This document shows, piece after piece, positions 62,674 through 64,000 of a stretch of 64,000 nucleotides of DNA. The stretch is from Lingula anatina (Eukaryota; Animalia; Brachiopoda), in assembly GCA_051362555.1 (NCBI GenBank), contig CM120648.1, positions 9,482,587-9,546,586 of the forward strand, in the 5' to 3' direction. The position numbers and the translations under genes are program-made. Positions within the stretch are counted from its first letter, which is position 1. Each line of letters opens with the position of its first letter. The notes beneath the pieces are model-generated. The model had not been told where the DNA came from, did not search any database, and worked only from the letters and a program-made list of their open reading frames with translations.

Positions 62674-64000
62674 GACAGCTTCTGTGTGTGTAGGCATGCG
62701 TTCACATGTGAGTGTTTGCATCATACAAGGCATCGTGCAATCGGGTATATGGCACAAATGAGGAACAACTCCTACCAGCACCTTATCCTTTCACAGAGCA
62801 CCTGTGACAATGTCACAGAGCAGCTTATAACAAACTAAGACATGAAACCTCACTGAACCAAGCACTATCATATTTCATTTAACCATGCCTCGGAGATGGT
62901 TATCTTTACTCGAGCGTTTTTTTTTTTTTTTTTTCACTTCTTTAATCTGATGAAATTATTTGCTGGTGTGTTGATTGTAAAACCTGGTGGAATGAAATAG
63001 TAGTAACTACTTCATGGATTGCAGTTAATTAAAATTGATTAGCAATTATCACCAAATCATTATATTTAATTTTAAATTAACTTTTTCATTAAATAGAATT
63101 AACACGACCGGTGTTTATGAACCATGATGAAAATGAATGAATTGTATACAAAATGTGATAGACAGACTAGCTTATTATATAATCATTCTTATTTTGACCT
63201 TGAAAAAGTACTTTTTTACATTCTTCTTAAAAACAAAGGCTGCCAACTGACATGTGTGCCTATGACTAATTTCATATAATGACAAAGATCAAGGAATTTG
63301 TTTTTTTTTTCTGAAATTGCACACCCAAAGTGTTAAACATGTTTCACATTTAAATCTGTGGGTTCTGCCATACTTGTACTGTATATATATATATATATAT
63401 AGAATATGATTTCTGTAAATACCTGATCTTTAGAACTGATACCACACATACTAGTAAGACCAATATATTTCCTCGTACAGTCACTCATCTTTGACAATTT
63501 CACTTTATTCTGGAAGACACACTTTTGGGAACAATCCTATAACTTTCAATTGTAAATTTTTGTTTTTCTTTCAAAATTTTCGAAACTTCCAATTTAAAAA
63601 AAAAAGCTGTTGAAAGGTGGGGTATTCAGATTAACCAAGTATAAAAGGATTGACATCACAGAAAAGCTAATATCATCTAAAACTATTTCACTGACCCCCA
63701 CCACCATCAAACCTAGCGCCCCCCCCCCCCCAAAAAAAAAAAAAAATTAAGTATTTGAGAGTTATAATAATTGTTACCAAATTTACCCAAATTTACAATA
63801 TATAAACACAACCATAGAAACACTTAAAAGCATGACATCAAACAATAACAAGGTGTATAGATACCCATGTAAAAGGTATCTTAAAGGCGTGACATGTACA
63901 ATATACTTAACATGGGAGTACAGGAGTTTTAAGATGTTCATTTCTGTGTTGACATATCACTATCTCCAGACACACAGTACCTCCCATACTGCAATAAGGT

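Overview
AT-rich, intron-containing animal genomic DNA, probably a lophotrochozoan invertebrate (inference); no prokaryotic features. (1) ~250-5543: decayed two-ORF non-LTR retrotransposon (APE endonuclease, RT, CCHC finger, (TTA)n tail) interrupted by two DNA-transposon MITEs whose removal restores the frame; ORF1 and ORF2 are in one frame separated by a single TAG. (2) ~6870-8145 (-): LINE-ORF1-only relic. (3) 8803-14707 (+): complete 7-exon CTDNEP1/Dullard gene (243 aa). (4) 17815-19821 (-): 3-coding-exon C2H2 zinc-finger gene (374 aa) with an unnamed N-terminal domain. (5) 26321-53056 (-): 12-exon castor/CASZ1 orthologue (1749 aa, 12 castor-type fingers) with a probable ~5.4 kb 3' UTR and large introns/upstream DNA containing MITEs and RFX X-box motifs. 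Gene models were assembled by hand from GT/AG sites and phase; homologies are from recall, not database searches. I did not find a clearly new multi-gene system; the best leads are candidate stop-codon readthrough in the LINE, the unnamed zinc-finger N-terminal domain, duplicated splice donors in CTDNEP1, castor motif architecture and the X-box cluster.
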